From NCBI RefSeq assembly GCF_001194135.2, contig NC_068998.1, positions 16,684,834-16,748,833 on the forward strand: a stretch of 64,000 nt of DNA. The letters run 5' to 3'. Source of the stretch: Octopus bimaculoides. Lineage: Eukaryota. The position numbers and the translations under genes are program-made. Each line of letters starts with the position of its first letter. The stretch's first letter is position 1. This document shows positions 1-13,964 of the stretch, in pieces. The notes under the pieces were generated by a model that worked only from the letters and a program-made list of their open reading frames with translations, was not told where the DNA came from and searched no databases.

Positions 1-1039
1 TTGGTTGAGTTCAGACCAATTTACCTCATGTTTTGTTGATCCTATAATAATGTTCTTTTAGGGACGAATTCACCACCGTAATTGAAAAAGCATCAAACAA
101 AACAAAACAAAACAACCCCATGCATTATGATGCAATCTGTGTAAATATTCCAACTAAGTCTACTCTACTTAACCCACCATGACAAGATAATCCAGTATTT
201 TTCTTTTTTAAAGTTTAAAAAGATTTAAGGATTTTCACAGATGATTTGCTATAACTATAGATTTAGTTATTGGTTTGACAGCTGAGACCCAGTTTGTAAT
301 GTAGATGGCTAATGGGGCCTGCACACATGGCATGGCTAGTTGTGCCGCCTTTGCTGCATAGTTGACCTTGCTGAGCTCCAGCCGTCATCTAGTTGTATTG
401 GCTTCCATCGAAGCCTCAGATATTTCTTAGTTTTTTTTGTTTTTTTTTGTATATTTTTCTTTATAATATTCTTGACAATTTTTTCATAGGAGGAAGAAAA
501 AAAAAAGAAAAAAACTTTCACTTGAAGTTTTAGTAGATTAATAATCACTGTTAAAAATGTCAAATCACCTTTCCTTTTTCAGGCCAATAAATGCCCCCCT
601 TCTCATATACAAATGTCTTGTGTTTTCATTCTTTTATTTTTATACTTTTATTTTCATGCAGTTGAAACGTGTTAAAGAAGAATAAATTTTATGACATTAA
701 TGTTGATGATGACTAATTTCATTGTCTGCTAGTTTTAATCTCATGGTAGTGAGAAGCTTTTATCATCATTGAGCATGCATTTTTCAATGCTTGCATGGGT
801 CAGATGGAATTTATTGAGGCAGATTTTCTACAGCTGGATGCCCTTCTTGTTGCCAAACCTCACCTACTCCCAAGGAATGTAATGTTTCTCGTGGTCAGAT
901 GTTATTTATTGTAGACATGATGATACTAATTTACACCTGTCATATGATGTCAAGACGACATGGGTACACACACATACTACACATGGTCAAGCTGCTGCTG
1001 TAGAGTGTTGGAAAGCAAGCTTCACTATCACACAGCTAC

Positions 1040-1405
1040 ATCTGTAACTGTTGTTGTTGTTGTTGGCACTCCGTCGCTTACGTCAAGGGTTCCAGTTGAT
1101 CCGATCATGAAATTAACGTGCAAGTGGCTGAGCACTCGACAGACACGTGAACCCTTAACTTAGTTCTCGGGAATATTCAGCGTGACAAGGCTGACCCTTT
1201 GAATTACAGGCACAACAGAAAGAGGGAGTGCGAGAAAGTTGTGGTGAAAGAGTACAGTAGGGTTCTCCACCATCCCCTGCCGGAGCCTCGTGGAGCTTTA
1301 GGTGTTTTAGCTCAATAAACACTCACAACGCCCGGTCTGGGAATCAAAAGCGCGATCCTATGACCGCGAGTCCGCTGCCTTAACCACTGGGCCATTGTGC
1401 CTCCA
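1040..1405 (-). mobile_element. tRNA-headed SINE with (CAA)n tail
   Basis: Minus strand head TGGAGGCACAATGGCCCAGTGGTTAAGGCAGCGGACTCGCGG..TTGATTCCCAG and a short (ACA)n tail near 1045-1065; retains CpGs, so it looks young. Confidence 0.75.
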
Positions 1406-3204
1406 CCCATCTGCAATTATCATGAGATTAAAGCTACTGGAGTACATAGGACATGTCTTATACTAAAAGTGGGTGGCGATGGTGGTGAGTTGTTGCCTGG
1501 TCAGATCATTGCCAATAACTATAAACATTGAGGGAGCCTCTATGAGGTTGTCCAGTTTGCTAAGAATAACAGCCACATCCTACATTATAAAACTTTGAAA
1601 AAAATAAAAACAACTAGTTAATGTATTCTAAGATATATGGAAAGATGAGATAATTGCAGCCAGAGCATCTTTGATTACAACTTAATGTTCAATTGGACCT
1701 ATGTCTGATTAAACAATCACAATAATGACCGGTAAACTTGCAGTTCCGTTATAAATTAAAGAGATTTATACAGTTCAACAGATGTTCTTGAACTGTTTGG
1801 AGCATAGAGGATTAAAAAACTCTTCAGTATTGTTTTCTGCATGGCAGGTCATTTTTTAATCCAGACAACTAAAAACATGTAGAAAATCAGAAATGTTAGC
1901 TGGAGCTGTTGATGTAATTCATTGTTGGGTTGCAAAATTATCCATAAATTTTGTCTGAATTTAATTTTGAGAAAAACTTCACTTTGGTAAAACATTTGAT
2001 GCAATTTTCAATGAGTGAAACTGCTAATGTGGGTATTTTTTAATACCCACAGCTATTAAAATTGAATGTTAAAGTATTATTCATTTGTAAATTTCAGTTA
2101 CAAAGAATCAGGAGTTTCACCTGTTTCTTAATTCAAGCTCATAACTTTTTAGATTTTGCAGTTGCTGTCATCATAGTCTGTTTTCTATGCTGGCATAGGT
2201 TGGATAGTTTGACAGAACCTTACAAGCCAGAGGACTACATCAAACTCCAATGTTTGCTTTGGTGTAGTTTCTATGATTAGATGACCTTCCTAATGCTAAC
2301 CACTTTACAGAGTGTACTGCGTGCTTTTTATGTGGCACCAGCAACAGTGAGGACACAACTGAGGGAGGAGTATTGAACATAGTGACCGTATACCAAGTAA
2401 TGAGAGGCCCAAAGGTTGGGAAATCTACATGGATCATTTTTTTCCTTTTTTTACTATTGTGTTAGGAAGTCTTCATGTACTTGTCTGACATTGGACTGTG
2501 CTGATGTTCTTACCCTCACAGCTAATCAACCGAACAATGTGCAAGACGTGCTAACATTCCTTGAAAATGCTGCTACCTGCTTAGGCCTTGCTTCTCAGTG
2601 TAAAGAAAAAGACTGTGTGCATAACTATCAATGAGGATGAAAGCCACCAACCAATTTGTTTCAGTGATGGCATGCAACTCAAGTCAGTGACATTTTGGAA
2701 TATATGTTGCTGTCTGAAAGAAAGGCAAGCTTGGAGTGCTTGTGATACACTTTACATTTGGCAGTCAGGTATTTCAGAGTCAACAAAGGCTGGTCTGGGA
2801 GGTTGCTGAGAGTATTCCTCACTATGGAGCCTAAACCTGGACTATCAAGGAACTTCAAGATCCCCTTGTTGATATATACACTAAGCTTTTCGTAAGGGCT
2901 CAAAACATTTTATTGCTGAGCACAAGACAAAAGAAGAGATTAATCCTTTAGCATTCAGATTACTGTGTCAAGTGTAAAATTTATTTATTCACATCATTTT
3001 GAATTAGTCATGCATCATCTTGTAGCTTTGAAGCTTCAATAATGTGTTTATTTTTAGAATAATATTGTAGGATAAATGTGAGAGACCAGATCAGGCCAGT
3101 TTGAATATAAAACAGGTATAATATTTGGGCCGGATATGGCTGGTTTAAATGCTAAAGAGTTTAAGGACATATTTGATCTGCTTCTGCTCTGTTGGTAACG
3201 CAGG

Positions 3205-3400
3205 AAAGGGTTTTGCTGGCCACTTTTATCATGCTGACCAACAAACCATATCAGGTGTTATAATTTAGAGGCTTCTACACCCTAATAGAGGACAAAGGCC
3301 ACCCAATGACTCTGGTGACACAACATAAAATTGAAGGCCAAATTCACAAAGCTAATAGGAAACAGAGATTCCTGGCATGGAATGTTAGAATGTTGCAGTA
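3205..3400 (+). mobile_element. Decayed LINE RT C-terminus (FAGHxY..G.RP); second copy near 10250-10520
   Basis: Frames read KGFAGHFYHADQQTISGVI..NRGQRPP and [20 protein letters not shown]. Confidence 0.45.
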
Positions 3401-4927
3401 AAGAGGGAGAGGAACTAATTCAACCTTTATAATTTCAGACTTTGATAATTTATTTGGTCAGTGATATTGAACAAAAATGCCAATCACATAAACATCCTTG
3501 GTCCTCTGATTCCATTACAAGAAAATCTTTAACATTCATTTTTCAGCTCACAGAGACACCATAACCAGTGAATTTCACCAGCGTACAATAAATTGTATTC
3601 TACTTGGACAGCCTTAAAATTTTTTTGCAATTCCCTGTTTCTAGCCTATATTTTTATGAAGTTAAAACATTTTATTATAATTTCATTACATTCTTTGAGA
3701 ATATGTACATCATTATCATTATCTTTTCTGGACAAAATGTTGAGGTTGTCTCCTTAGGTTTCATGCTTTTCCTGCTGCCAGCTTCGTTTCCCATTAAAGT
3801 GCTTATTTCCCCGCATCTTCTGCATGATCAAATGCACAGCAGCCTGACATGCATTAGTAACAAATATAAACAATAAAACTGCAAAAACTAGTGACATTAT
3901 TTTACATATTAAGCCAGATGGAAAGACATAAACACATCATTCAATGTCCGTTTTTCCATGCTGGCATGGTCAGACAAGATCCGATGAGCAGTCGGACTGC
4001 ATCAAATTCCCATGTCAGTTTTGGCATACTTTCTGCAGTTGGATACCCCTACTAATTCCAAGTAATTTCCAAAAATGAAGACCTGCCTCCAACTGCAAAG
4101 ACAAAAAGGCAAAAATCCTCTTGACTAAATTGGTGGTGCTTTTGAGAATACATAAAAAAAACCTTGTAAAAAGTACCCACTACACTCTTTAAAGTGGTTG
4201 ATGTTAGGAAGGGAATCCATCCATAGAAACCATGCCAAAACAGACAACTGGAGCCTGGTGCAGCCCTCTGGCTTGCCAGCTGTCAAACCACCAGGCCCAT
4301 GTCAGTATAGAAAACAGATGTTAAATGATGATGACAAAGATGATATATTTTGCAATAGAATACCAGTTACTGCCAAACCACATTTAACAGTATCATTAAG
4401 GGCAGTATACCTTGAGAAGCAACTAGTACTGAGGTAGCAGACAGTATGTGAAGTCTTGATAAATTCTGCTGTAGACCTGAAATGGCATTAGTGTCTCTTG
4501 TAGATCCATGTCCAAGTTTAAGCTTATTAAATTATATGCTTTATCTTTTACTTCTTTCAGTCATTAGACTGTGGCCATGCTGTGTCACTACCTTGAAGAA
4601 TTTTTAGTCAAATGAATCGACATCAGCATTTATTTTCCCTTAAGTTATGGGGATGTAAACACACCAACACCATTTGTCAAGCAGTGACAGGGGACAAACA
4701 TAGACATCAACACATAAATATATGTGTGTGTGTATGTATGTATATATATATAAATATATGATGGGCTTCTTTCAGTTTCTATTTACCAAATCCACTCACA
4801 AAGCTGCAGTGGGACTGAACCTGGAACCATGTGGTTGAAAAGCAAGTTTCTTACCACACTGCCACACCTGTGCTTGTTCAACATTTTCCAAAATAATAAA
4901 AACATCAGTTAAAAAAAAAATGCTAAA

Positions 4928-4933
4928 TTTATT
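4928..4933 (-). terminator. Candidate MED8 polyadenylation signal AATAAA
   Basis: tttatt on the + strand, about 270 nt past the MED8 stop codon. Not experimentally verifiable here. Confidence 0.4.
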
Positions 4934-5201
4934 GAATTAAAAACAAAAAAATGTTTACAAAATATTCAAGGAAAGATTGTTTTCCCTAAAATAAATTTTA
5001 AAAAATTTAGAGAAGGAACAAAATGAATCAATAATTTAATTAAAAATAAGTTTGCTGCACTGTGCAGTAGGTTTTTTTTATATAGATCCTCTTTTTCTGT
5101 TACCTTCATTAAGTTAGCAGTCAGAAATACTGTAGTAATATCTGTTGAGTTATAGATGTGCAGTTTTTTTTCTTTCTTTGCATACAGTTTCAAATACTAC
5201 C

Positions 5202-5284
5202 TCAGGAACGCTGGTAAGGATGACTGGAGGCTGCTTTGATGTTAGTCTTGATAGTGCTTGGAGCTTTAGAAATATTGGCAGAAG
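5202..5284 (-). CDS. MED8: MED8 exon 7 (terminal)
   Basis: ag|(A)[29 protein letters not shown], 83 nt. Confidence 0.94.
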
Positions 5285-7451
5285 CTGGAAATATATAAAA
5301 AAAACAAGGGGTAGTTTTTAAGAACACAGATTATGACCATAAATATGAAAAAATCAATCATGTTATGCTTTGCTGAACCTTTTTAAGACTAACTTAACTG
5401 GCAACAGATTCCACCTTTATTTTGATGTTGACTTGTTTGCAATAGAAAATACAACTAGATGTTGCTACTTAGTCCCTGGTGAACCTGGAACAAGCAGGTC
5501 TATAATCAAAAGCTCTCCAATTGCAATTATCCTGCCTTTTCTAGACTACATCATTGAAGGTGTATTTTTAAGACAACATGGTTTAATTTGGTTACTTTCA
5601 CAATCACACGGGTTTGGTTTTGGTTTTGTTTCACTGCATAGCACCTTGGCAGTGTATCTTCTACTACAGCCCTGGTCAGGCAAAAACATGAGTGAATTTA
5701 GTAGAGAGAAACTGCAGGAAGCTTGTGGTGTGCATGTGCATATGATGCATGAAAGCTGACATTCCAAGCAAGTCACCACTTGAGCAAAATGGTCATAATA
5801 TTCACATTCTTTGTTGGCATTATGACCAGTGGTTCTGCATACTGAAAGATCATCATCATCATTTTAATGTCGGCTTTGCCCTGCTTGCATGGGTTGGTTG
5901 GAGTTTATGGAGGCAGATTTTCTACAGACAGATACCCTTCCTGTTGCCAGCGCTCACCTGTTTCCAAGCAAGGTAATATTTCCTCATGGCTTGACGTGTG
6001 TTTAGAAATGACTGATATTCATTTACACATTCACATGATGTCAAAACAAGAGAGCACGCATACACGACAAGCTTCTTTCAGTTTCCAGCCACCAAATCTC
6101 AAGGCTAAGGTTGGCCCAAGGTAGAAGACACATGCCTAAGGTGCCACACAGTGGGACTGAACCCAAAACTGTGTTGTTGGGAAGCAAACTTCTTAACCAC
6201 ACAGCCTGCGCCTATATAATAGTACATAACACAACATGTATTTAAGAGGTTAAAAGAATGAAAATGTGAGGTAACTTACCTGGTGGCTTCTGAGTCTGTG
6301 GCTGAGTATTAATGTTGTTATTCTGATGAGAATTCTCAGAACGTCGAGGTGTTGGTTGTTTGAGACCTTTCCCAACAGTGATGGCCTGAATTAGAGTATT
6401 GGTATCTGCCATTGAAGATGTCTGTGGCTGTGCCGATTTCTGATCTGAAGTCCAAAAAGTAAGTAAAATTCATTTCCATTAGATGACAGCAATATAAAGA
6501 CAAAATGGCCCAAGTAGGTAAAGTGTCAGAGGTACCTTATCAATATGACCCAAATAGATAAGATAGCTGGTAGTGCAATACTACTGACCTGTATCTTATC
6601 AGTTCAGATCTCAGCTGCTGATGAGTTTGTGGTGCTCCAGAAAAGTTACCAGGTTGTTGGTAAAACATATCAAATCTGGGAACATTATCATTACCTTTGA
6701 TAACTAATCTCCCTTCTTAATGTGCAAAGCCAGGAGAAAAGACAATTTTATTACGTTTGTTCTGCATTGATAATTATATTGATTGGAAAATAAAATTGAA
6801 TATATGTGTGTGTGTATGAAGAGATATGGCTTAGTGGTTAGGGAGTTGCACTCCTGATTGTGAGATTGTGGTTTTGATTCCCAGATCGGGCGTTGCATTA
6901 TGTTCTTGACCAAAGCACTTCATTTCACATTGCTTTGCAAGCATTTCGTCATCTGACATGTGGCACATGGTGCATTTGTACAAGTAAAGTCAATATGATA
7001 GAATGATAGAGGGATTGAGCTTATGTGAACACAAACATTTGATCCACTATAAGCAAATCATCTGTGTAGTTGTTCAGCAAGAAATTGCAGAAACCTCATG
7101 CATTGTCTAATGATGGGAGAGTCCATGATATATATATATCAGTTTCAGTCTATAAGGCACTGATTGGTTTAAGGCTACATAGTAAGTGGTGTGTAGCAGA
7201 ACTGAACCTGAAACCATGTGGTTTGTAAAGTGAGCTTCTTAACCACAAAGCCATTCCTGCACCTAAGTATCAATTAAATTTCATAAGTTTTGTTGCAGTT
7301 GTTAGTTTTACATAATTTTTCTTCAGCTCATATCCATACCCATATAATACCTCCCATACTTACTTGCTTCGCTTTCCCATTCTTCTCGAGCAGAATTGAT
7401 GATGTCAATGATGTTGCTGGTGATTTTGTTTAGAGAATTTAATTGTTTCTG

Positions 7452-7482
<31 letters not shown>

Positions 7483-10400
7483 GAAGTATCCAGATGGCAT
7501 TACTCTCTAATCTTTTGAAATACAATAATAATTTCACCAGAGACATTTACTGTTTTAACCCATTACCTCCCATAATTCTATTAACTGGAATTTTTTTTAT
7601 GAAACTTTGATTTCTAGCATAAAACAGCCTTAGAAACACACTGGAATGATCAAAATAACATTTTAAATAGAAATAAGCGAGATATTGGGTGAAAAATTAG
7701 CAAACCTCATTTGAATATCAGAGAAATATACCTAGTAGATATAGCAAAAAAGTTAGATATGTGTAAATATTGACAGATAATTACGAAATTTGTAATTTTT
7801 AAGTGATCTCATATGAGATCACTGGTAGGTAATGGGTTAACTGGAATCTATTTTGTTCAAAAGGTGTGCTGAAATCACAGATGTTCAAACATGTTTTTAT
7901 ATAGTAACCCTTATCTGTTATTGAAATTCTCTCTCAATGACTTTCTTTGTTTTGCCTTTGTTTTCTAGAGAAGGACCAATGCCCATCATCGTCATCATCA
8001 TTTAGTATCCATTTTCCATGCTGGAATGGGTTAGATGGTTTGATTGGAACTGCTAAGCTGGAGGGCTGCACCAGGCTCCAGTCTGTTTTGGCTTGGATTC
8101 TACGGCTGGATGCTCTTCCTAACACTAACCACTCCACAGAGAGTACTGGTAGCCTTTTATGTGTCACCATTATAATACAAACCCTTCCACCATCACTTTA
8201 GTCAGGAGGAAGAGCATTAATTGTGCCCTTTAATAGGCACTATTAAAGACAGTATCTATGTCTTTAGGCAGTATTAAAGGGAATAGGTTCTGAAGACCGA
8301 AGGGAGGAAGCTATCCTCAAACTATAAATCTGGTCCAAATGCTTATGATAGACTAAAGGTACTCAGAGACCAGATACTGTTGACATTAAATTAAGTCCAC
8401 TATCCAAGTAAGTTCCAGTGAGATTTGACTCAGACTACAGAGTCAACAAATACAGCATAGTCTCAAACACAAAGAGACAGTAAATATAGCACTGACTCAG
8501 ATCACAAAGAGCCAACAAATACTACATTGACTCAGACCACAAAAACTTGACAAATACAGCATATACTCGAACACAAAGAGTCATCAAATATAGCACTGAC
8601 TCAAACCACACAAAGAGCCAACAAATATGGCATTGCTTCTGAACACAGAGTCAACAAATATAGCAAGGCGTTCTGCTTGACACTAACAATTCTGCTGATC
8701 CACTGCCAAAGGCTGGTGTTTTATTGATCGATCCAAAACCCCACAAACACCAGGGAAGGATGAAAGGCAAAGCTGAGTTCAATGGAATTTGAATTCAGTT
8801 AGGCAAGAAGCCAGAGTAAATACTTCTAGGCATTTCGTCTGATGCACATAGGATTTTGTCAATTCATTGTCTGTAACATCATGGCTATGTGTTCAAATAT
8901 TACCACAATGAATATGTTGCAACTAAAACAAACTATATAATTCTTTTTGCCTCACTCTGCTTGTCCGAGAACAGGTACCAAGCCTACTTTACAGTTAAGA
9001 GTTTGACTGTTAAGTAGAAAGTACCCAAGAGAAAAATAATAACAATTGTTTCAAATTTTGGCACAAGGCCAGAAATTTCAGAGGGAGGAGTTTAGTTGGT
9101 TATATTTACCCCAGTATTTGACTGGCATTTTATATTATTGACACCAAAAGAATGAAAGACAAAGTCAACCTCAGTAGTATTTGAACTCAAAATATAAAGA
9201 GCTGAAAGAAATGTCATTAAACATTTTGTCTGTTGCTCCAACAGTTCTGCCAGTTTGCCACCTTAAGAAATGTAGTTATCGTTTCAGATTTTGGCACAAG
9301 GCTGGCAATTTTGAGGGGTGATGGAGATAGTTGATTACGTCATCCCCTGTACTTGACTGGTACTTTATTTTATCACCCCAAAAAGATGAAAAATACAGTT
9401 GTCCTTGAAAGGATTTGAACCTAAAATTTAAAGAACCAGAAGAAATACTGCCAAGCATTTTGTCTGATTCTGCCATAATAATACTAATATCTTTTAAAAA
9501 AAAAACAAAAAAAAAAACACCATAAATTGCTAAGCATTTAATTTTAAATAAAATATGTAAGAATATAAATGAAAGAAAAAGGAAAAAAAACCCCCAAAAA
9601 AAACAGGATAACACTTCCAAATAATTTATATAATATAGCTTTCTACAAACAATAGGTGAATAAGTAAATATGTAAAAAAGAAATCAAATAAATTAGTTTC
9701 CAATCAACTCACTCTAGTTACTGTCGCGTCCTCAACTAACATGTTTTCATTCTTTATTCCTTTGCCCTGTCAAAACAAAAGCAAACAAGTTATAAACACA
9801 TTAGTAAAATATGGTGTTACTCTTATTAATGGTGAAATGCTATGTATTACTTATGTAAAATGTAGCATTCACCATAACACGGACTACGAAGAAGGAGCTT
9901 CAAAACTGCCTTGTTGATATGCGCACTAGGCTTCTCACAAGGGCTTGAAAACATTTCATTGGTGAGTACAAGACCAAAGCGGAAATTCATGGATACATTC
10001 CATCCATCTCTCTAGTGTATGAGACATTTTGACACAGCTGTTTTGGTGTCACTGGGTTGATGCTGACTTATTTGACATTAGACGTTTTAATGTTTCTCTC
10101 ATTCTCTCACACTGTCTGAGGTGAAAGTGTGTTTAGGTCAATCACATTCAATTAATAAATTGTAATATCCCTCTCTTTCTCCCCTATCTCTGTTTGTATG
10201 TGTACAGTTTTGCATGTCTGTGTGTGTTTGTCTCCAGTGCCAAAAAGTGCTGTCACCAAAGCAGGTTCAATGTCCAGTCAGCCATGCCAAATCACCAGTG
10301 TCCAGCTACGCCCAGTAATTTGTATCATTACTGCTCAATGTAAGATAGGTTTTGCTGGCCACTGCTACTGTGCTGAACGACAGACTATATAAGAAGTTTT

Positions 10401-13400
10401 TCTTTGCAGACTCCTGCACCTTAACAGAAACCACTAAAAGACCACCCAACTACAACATCATTGGCATGAAACTGAGGACTATCAAAGCTAATGTGGGTCA
10501 GAAATTCCTGACACAGTTTGGTGAAACATTTCAGTTAAAACTGCTTGGAAAAAAAAAAAAAAAATTCTTAAAATTCAGTTACACTTTCAGTTGATGCTGG
10601 AGATTTTCTTCTAGAATCTATTACTTAAGAAAGTGAGCTACAACAAAGTGATTTTAGCATCAACCCACCAACTGAGTTTGTTTTCACAATCAAAACATTT
10701 TAAACCTTTAGTGTTTGGCTTACTCTATCAAATGAAGTGCTTATTTATTCACATAGTTTTGAATTAATTGCGAATTCTCTTGTAGCTTTGAGAATTTGAT
10801 GATGTGATTGTTTATATCTTTAGAATGACACTGTAGGGTAGGTGTGAGAGGCCAAATCTGGCCAGTTTGAACATAAAATGGTTAGAATATTTGGGCTGGA
10901 TATGGCCAGTTTAAATGCTAAAAGGTTAAATATCAGAAGCACAGTTTAAACAGGTACATTTACACGTGAAAGTGCAGTTTTTTGCTATGAGTAGCAGCAA
11001 ATGCATAAAACCATAGCTTTTATTTACAAGTGAATGTAATTTGGTAGCATGTACTATCCTCTTCATTTTAATATCCAATTTTCCATGCTTGCATGGGTTG
11101 GATAAAGTTTATTGAGACTGATTTTCTATGGTTGGACACCCTTCCTGCAACCAGCCTATATTTGTTTCCAAGCAAAGTAATATTTCCTCATGGTAAGACA
11201 TGAAAAGATGTAGCCTGTAGGTCCATTGTTATGGACACACCCTTACTATCAACAAGTGTTTTGATAATTTATAATGCTGGACTTACATTCTGCTATCAGT
11301 AGAGCTTAGAGTTACACTCTCTTAATGCCAGTAGGGCTAAATCCAGTTAATAGATATATTGGCATAGGAAGCCATAGTTTTAAGTATCTAGACTCTGGTC
11401 ACAGCACAGTTCTGGTGACAGGATAGGCACTATCAATCTCTCTGATCAGTGATCTGATCTTTAAATGACTAAACCATATTTACAGCAGAAAGTTTTTAAA
11501 AAATTAATTAATTAAATGAAAGTAATGATTGATTACATGACTGTCTCATTTTTATGTGACATTAACCAATACTGATCTCTAGAGGCAAGAAGGCCACATA
11601 TTTTGAGAGAAAGAACAGTCGTATTTTTACTTGACTTTGCAGGGCATCCAAAACCAGTGAGATTTATACAGTTTATTTCTCTTGAACAGCTGACGGCTGT
11701 GGGACAAATATATATATATATATATATATAAGAGAGAGAGAGAGAGAGATAGAGAGAGAGAGAGATAGAGAGTTCCCAAATTAGATCTGAATAGAATGGT
11801 TAGCGTGAGGTCTGGGGAGGAAATAATATGGACAATAGGAGGAGAAAAGATAAGTGAGTTTCAAGTACCCGAGTGGAGGTTGTACAAAACCAACCAGCCT
11901 CAAACAGCAGAGGCCACTGAAGTAGGTGCAGAAGAGTCAGAGAGAAAAGCATGGCATGTCTGCAAGTCAGAGATTGGAGTAATTTTCTGGGATGTTGAAT
12001 CAACAATGAACTTTACAAGTAGTTGGATAAGAATGTTTGTTATGTGTGTATAAACATATATGATGGACAAAGTATGAGCATATACTTCTTCAATCAACTG
12101 AATGACCTGCTAATTGAGTTAACAAGCAGCATAGGTGAGTATTTCATAGGCACCCAACGTTTGAAGGTGATGCATGACCATTGAACGTTGGGCCTCATGG
12201 AGGCAATAACAAGTGACCGAGACCTGTGGAGATATGCTGTGCTTGAGAAGACCCAGCAAGCCAAGTGAGACCATAACCGTGGCCTATGCCAGTGCAGCAT
12301 AACCGGCCCATTTAGGAGTACCTTTCAATCATTGGGCAATAAACTGCCCTTGCGAAGACCTGTTGAGCCAAGTGAAGTCCATGGCTGATGACGTGTTGCC
12401 TGACTGGCTCCTGTGCCGGCTGACTGGTCTCATGCACTAAGTGGCTTCTTGCTTTGTTTGGGGACTTTCTTATAAAAAATTTTAAAAATCATTAACGATT
12501 TTTCTTTATTATTCTTGACTCTCAGTTGTCTTTTTTTGTTTCTCTAACTTAGCCTTTTTTCTAGGTAGGGGGTCTATGCAACCCCAGTTTTACCTTTGGG
12601 GAGAGGGGTTCCATATTAATCTGACCACTATCCTTTGATCTGTACAGCATGGAAGGCTCTACCAGGAGCTCACATTCTGCTGGCATAGCATTCAGAGTCT
12701 TTAAGGTATGCAAGCCATCACACCTTAACAAGGACTGGGCCTTGTGAAAGATGTGTGAATCAAGCTCTGTGCAAAAAAAAGAAAAAGTTCAAATCAACAG
12801 AAAATGTATCATTTAGTAATTTTCAGAGCCATATAACCAATAAAACAGATCAGGCCTTGAGGTTAAAAATTACTACTCACCCACTCTATTCAACAAACTT
12901 AACCGCTTTAGATTTTGACTCATTCAGGTCTACTAGAATTTTACCAGTGCTAAAACATTCACAAGCTAAGATGTTGCAACAGCATTAAAATTTGAGTGCT
13001 GTTGCACATCTTAGCTTCTGAATGTTAGACTTTTCCTCTTCTGAGAATATGATCTATTTTCAACCATAGAACCTAAAATACTTTGCAAAAATTGTGATAT
13101 TACTTTTCGGTGTCCCGATGGGTTAGTGAATATAAGTGTTAAGTGTCAAATCTTAAATGTTGTAGTTTAACTAGTGGGCATAAGTTCAATCCCAGCATCA
13201 ATCAAACTATTAATACTTTGGTGCAAGTGGAATGAACTGGTAGTATTAGAAGTAAGAAGGAGACTATTCTTGATATGGACAATAGCAAGAGAATGATCCA
13301 ACTCTGTAGATTTAATAAAAGATTCAGTTTGAAATTCTGAGAACATTACCGAATATGGCAGTTACATGAAGCAGACTTAAGAATACAATGGCCAAAATGT

Positions 13401-13788
13401 TCTGACAATAACAACTAAAGACACAAATATGAATGAATAAACCATTGTATAACAGTCAATAATCTGATAAAAAGTATTTTGATTTTCTGTTGCTATTAAG
13501 ACTAATAATGCTGCAATCTCAACTTGACCAAATATTGAGGAAAGCAATAATGTTTTTAGAATCGTCAAATCGTTCTCATTTTAATAGATGTTCTCTGTAT
13601 CTTAGCAATGAGGCCAAAACAATTTATAATGTTAAGCAATAAGCTATAAGGAAATTTGCATAAAGAATTAAATCTTATAAAGGCTTGCAGAAAGTTGAGA
13701 AATGATTTTTCATAAAGGAAATCATGCAATATAATTTTTAAGTAAAACAACACAGATGAATATATATATATGTGTATGTATATGTGTG

Positions 13789-13865
<77 letters not shown>

Positions 13866-13894
13866 NNNNNNNNNNNNNNNNNNNNATATATATG

Positions 13895-13964
<70 letters not shown>

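Noticed and set aside
1330-1405. tRNA-like sequences at SINE heads (also near 15750-15819, 40935-41000, 52140-52217)
   Set aside because: They continue directly into SINE bodies and do not form complete cloverleaves, so they are not tRNA genes.
2570-2930. Possible Tc1-like transposase C-terminal remnant (VWEVAE..TIKELQD)
   Set aside because: Similarity is too weak and interrupted to call without a profile search.
1-5200. Other human-neighbourhood genes (ELOVL1, CDC20, HYI)
   Set aside because: No recognisable exons; extended synteny cannot be claimed.
5370-5759. 129-aa + strand ORF overlapping MED8 intron 6
   Set aside because: No motif or splice support; AT-rich chance ORF.
8427-8664. CRISPR-like periodicity of about 35 bp
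   Set aside because: Units are contiguous degenerate tandem copies with no unique spacers, the context is eukaryotic and there are no cas genes.
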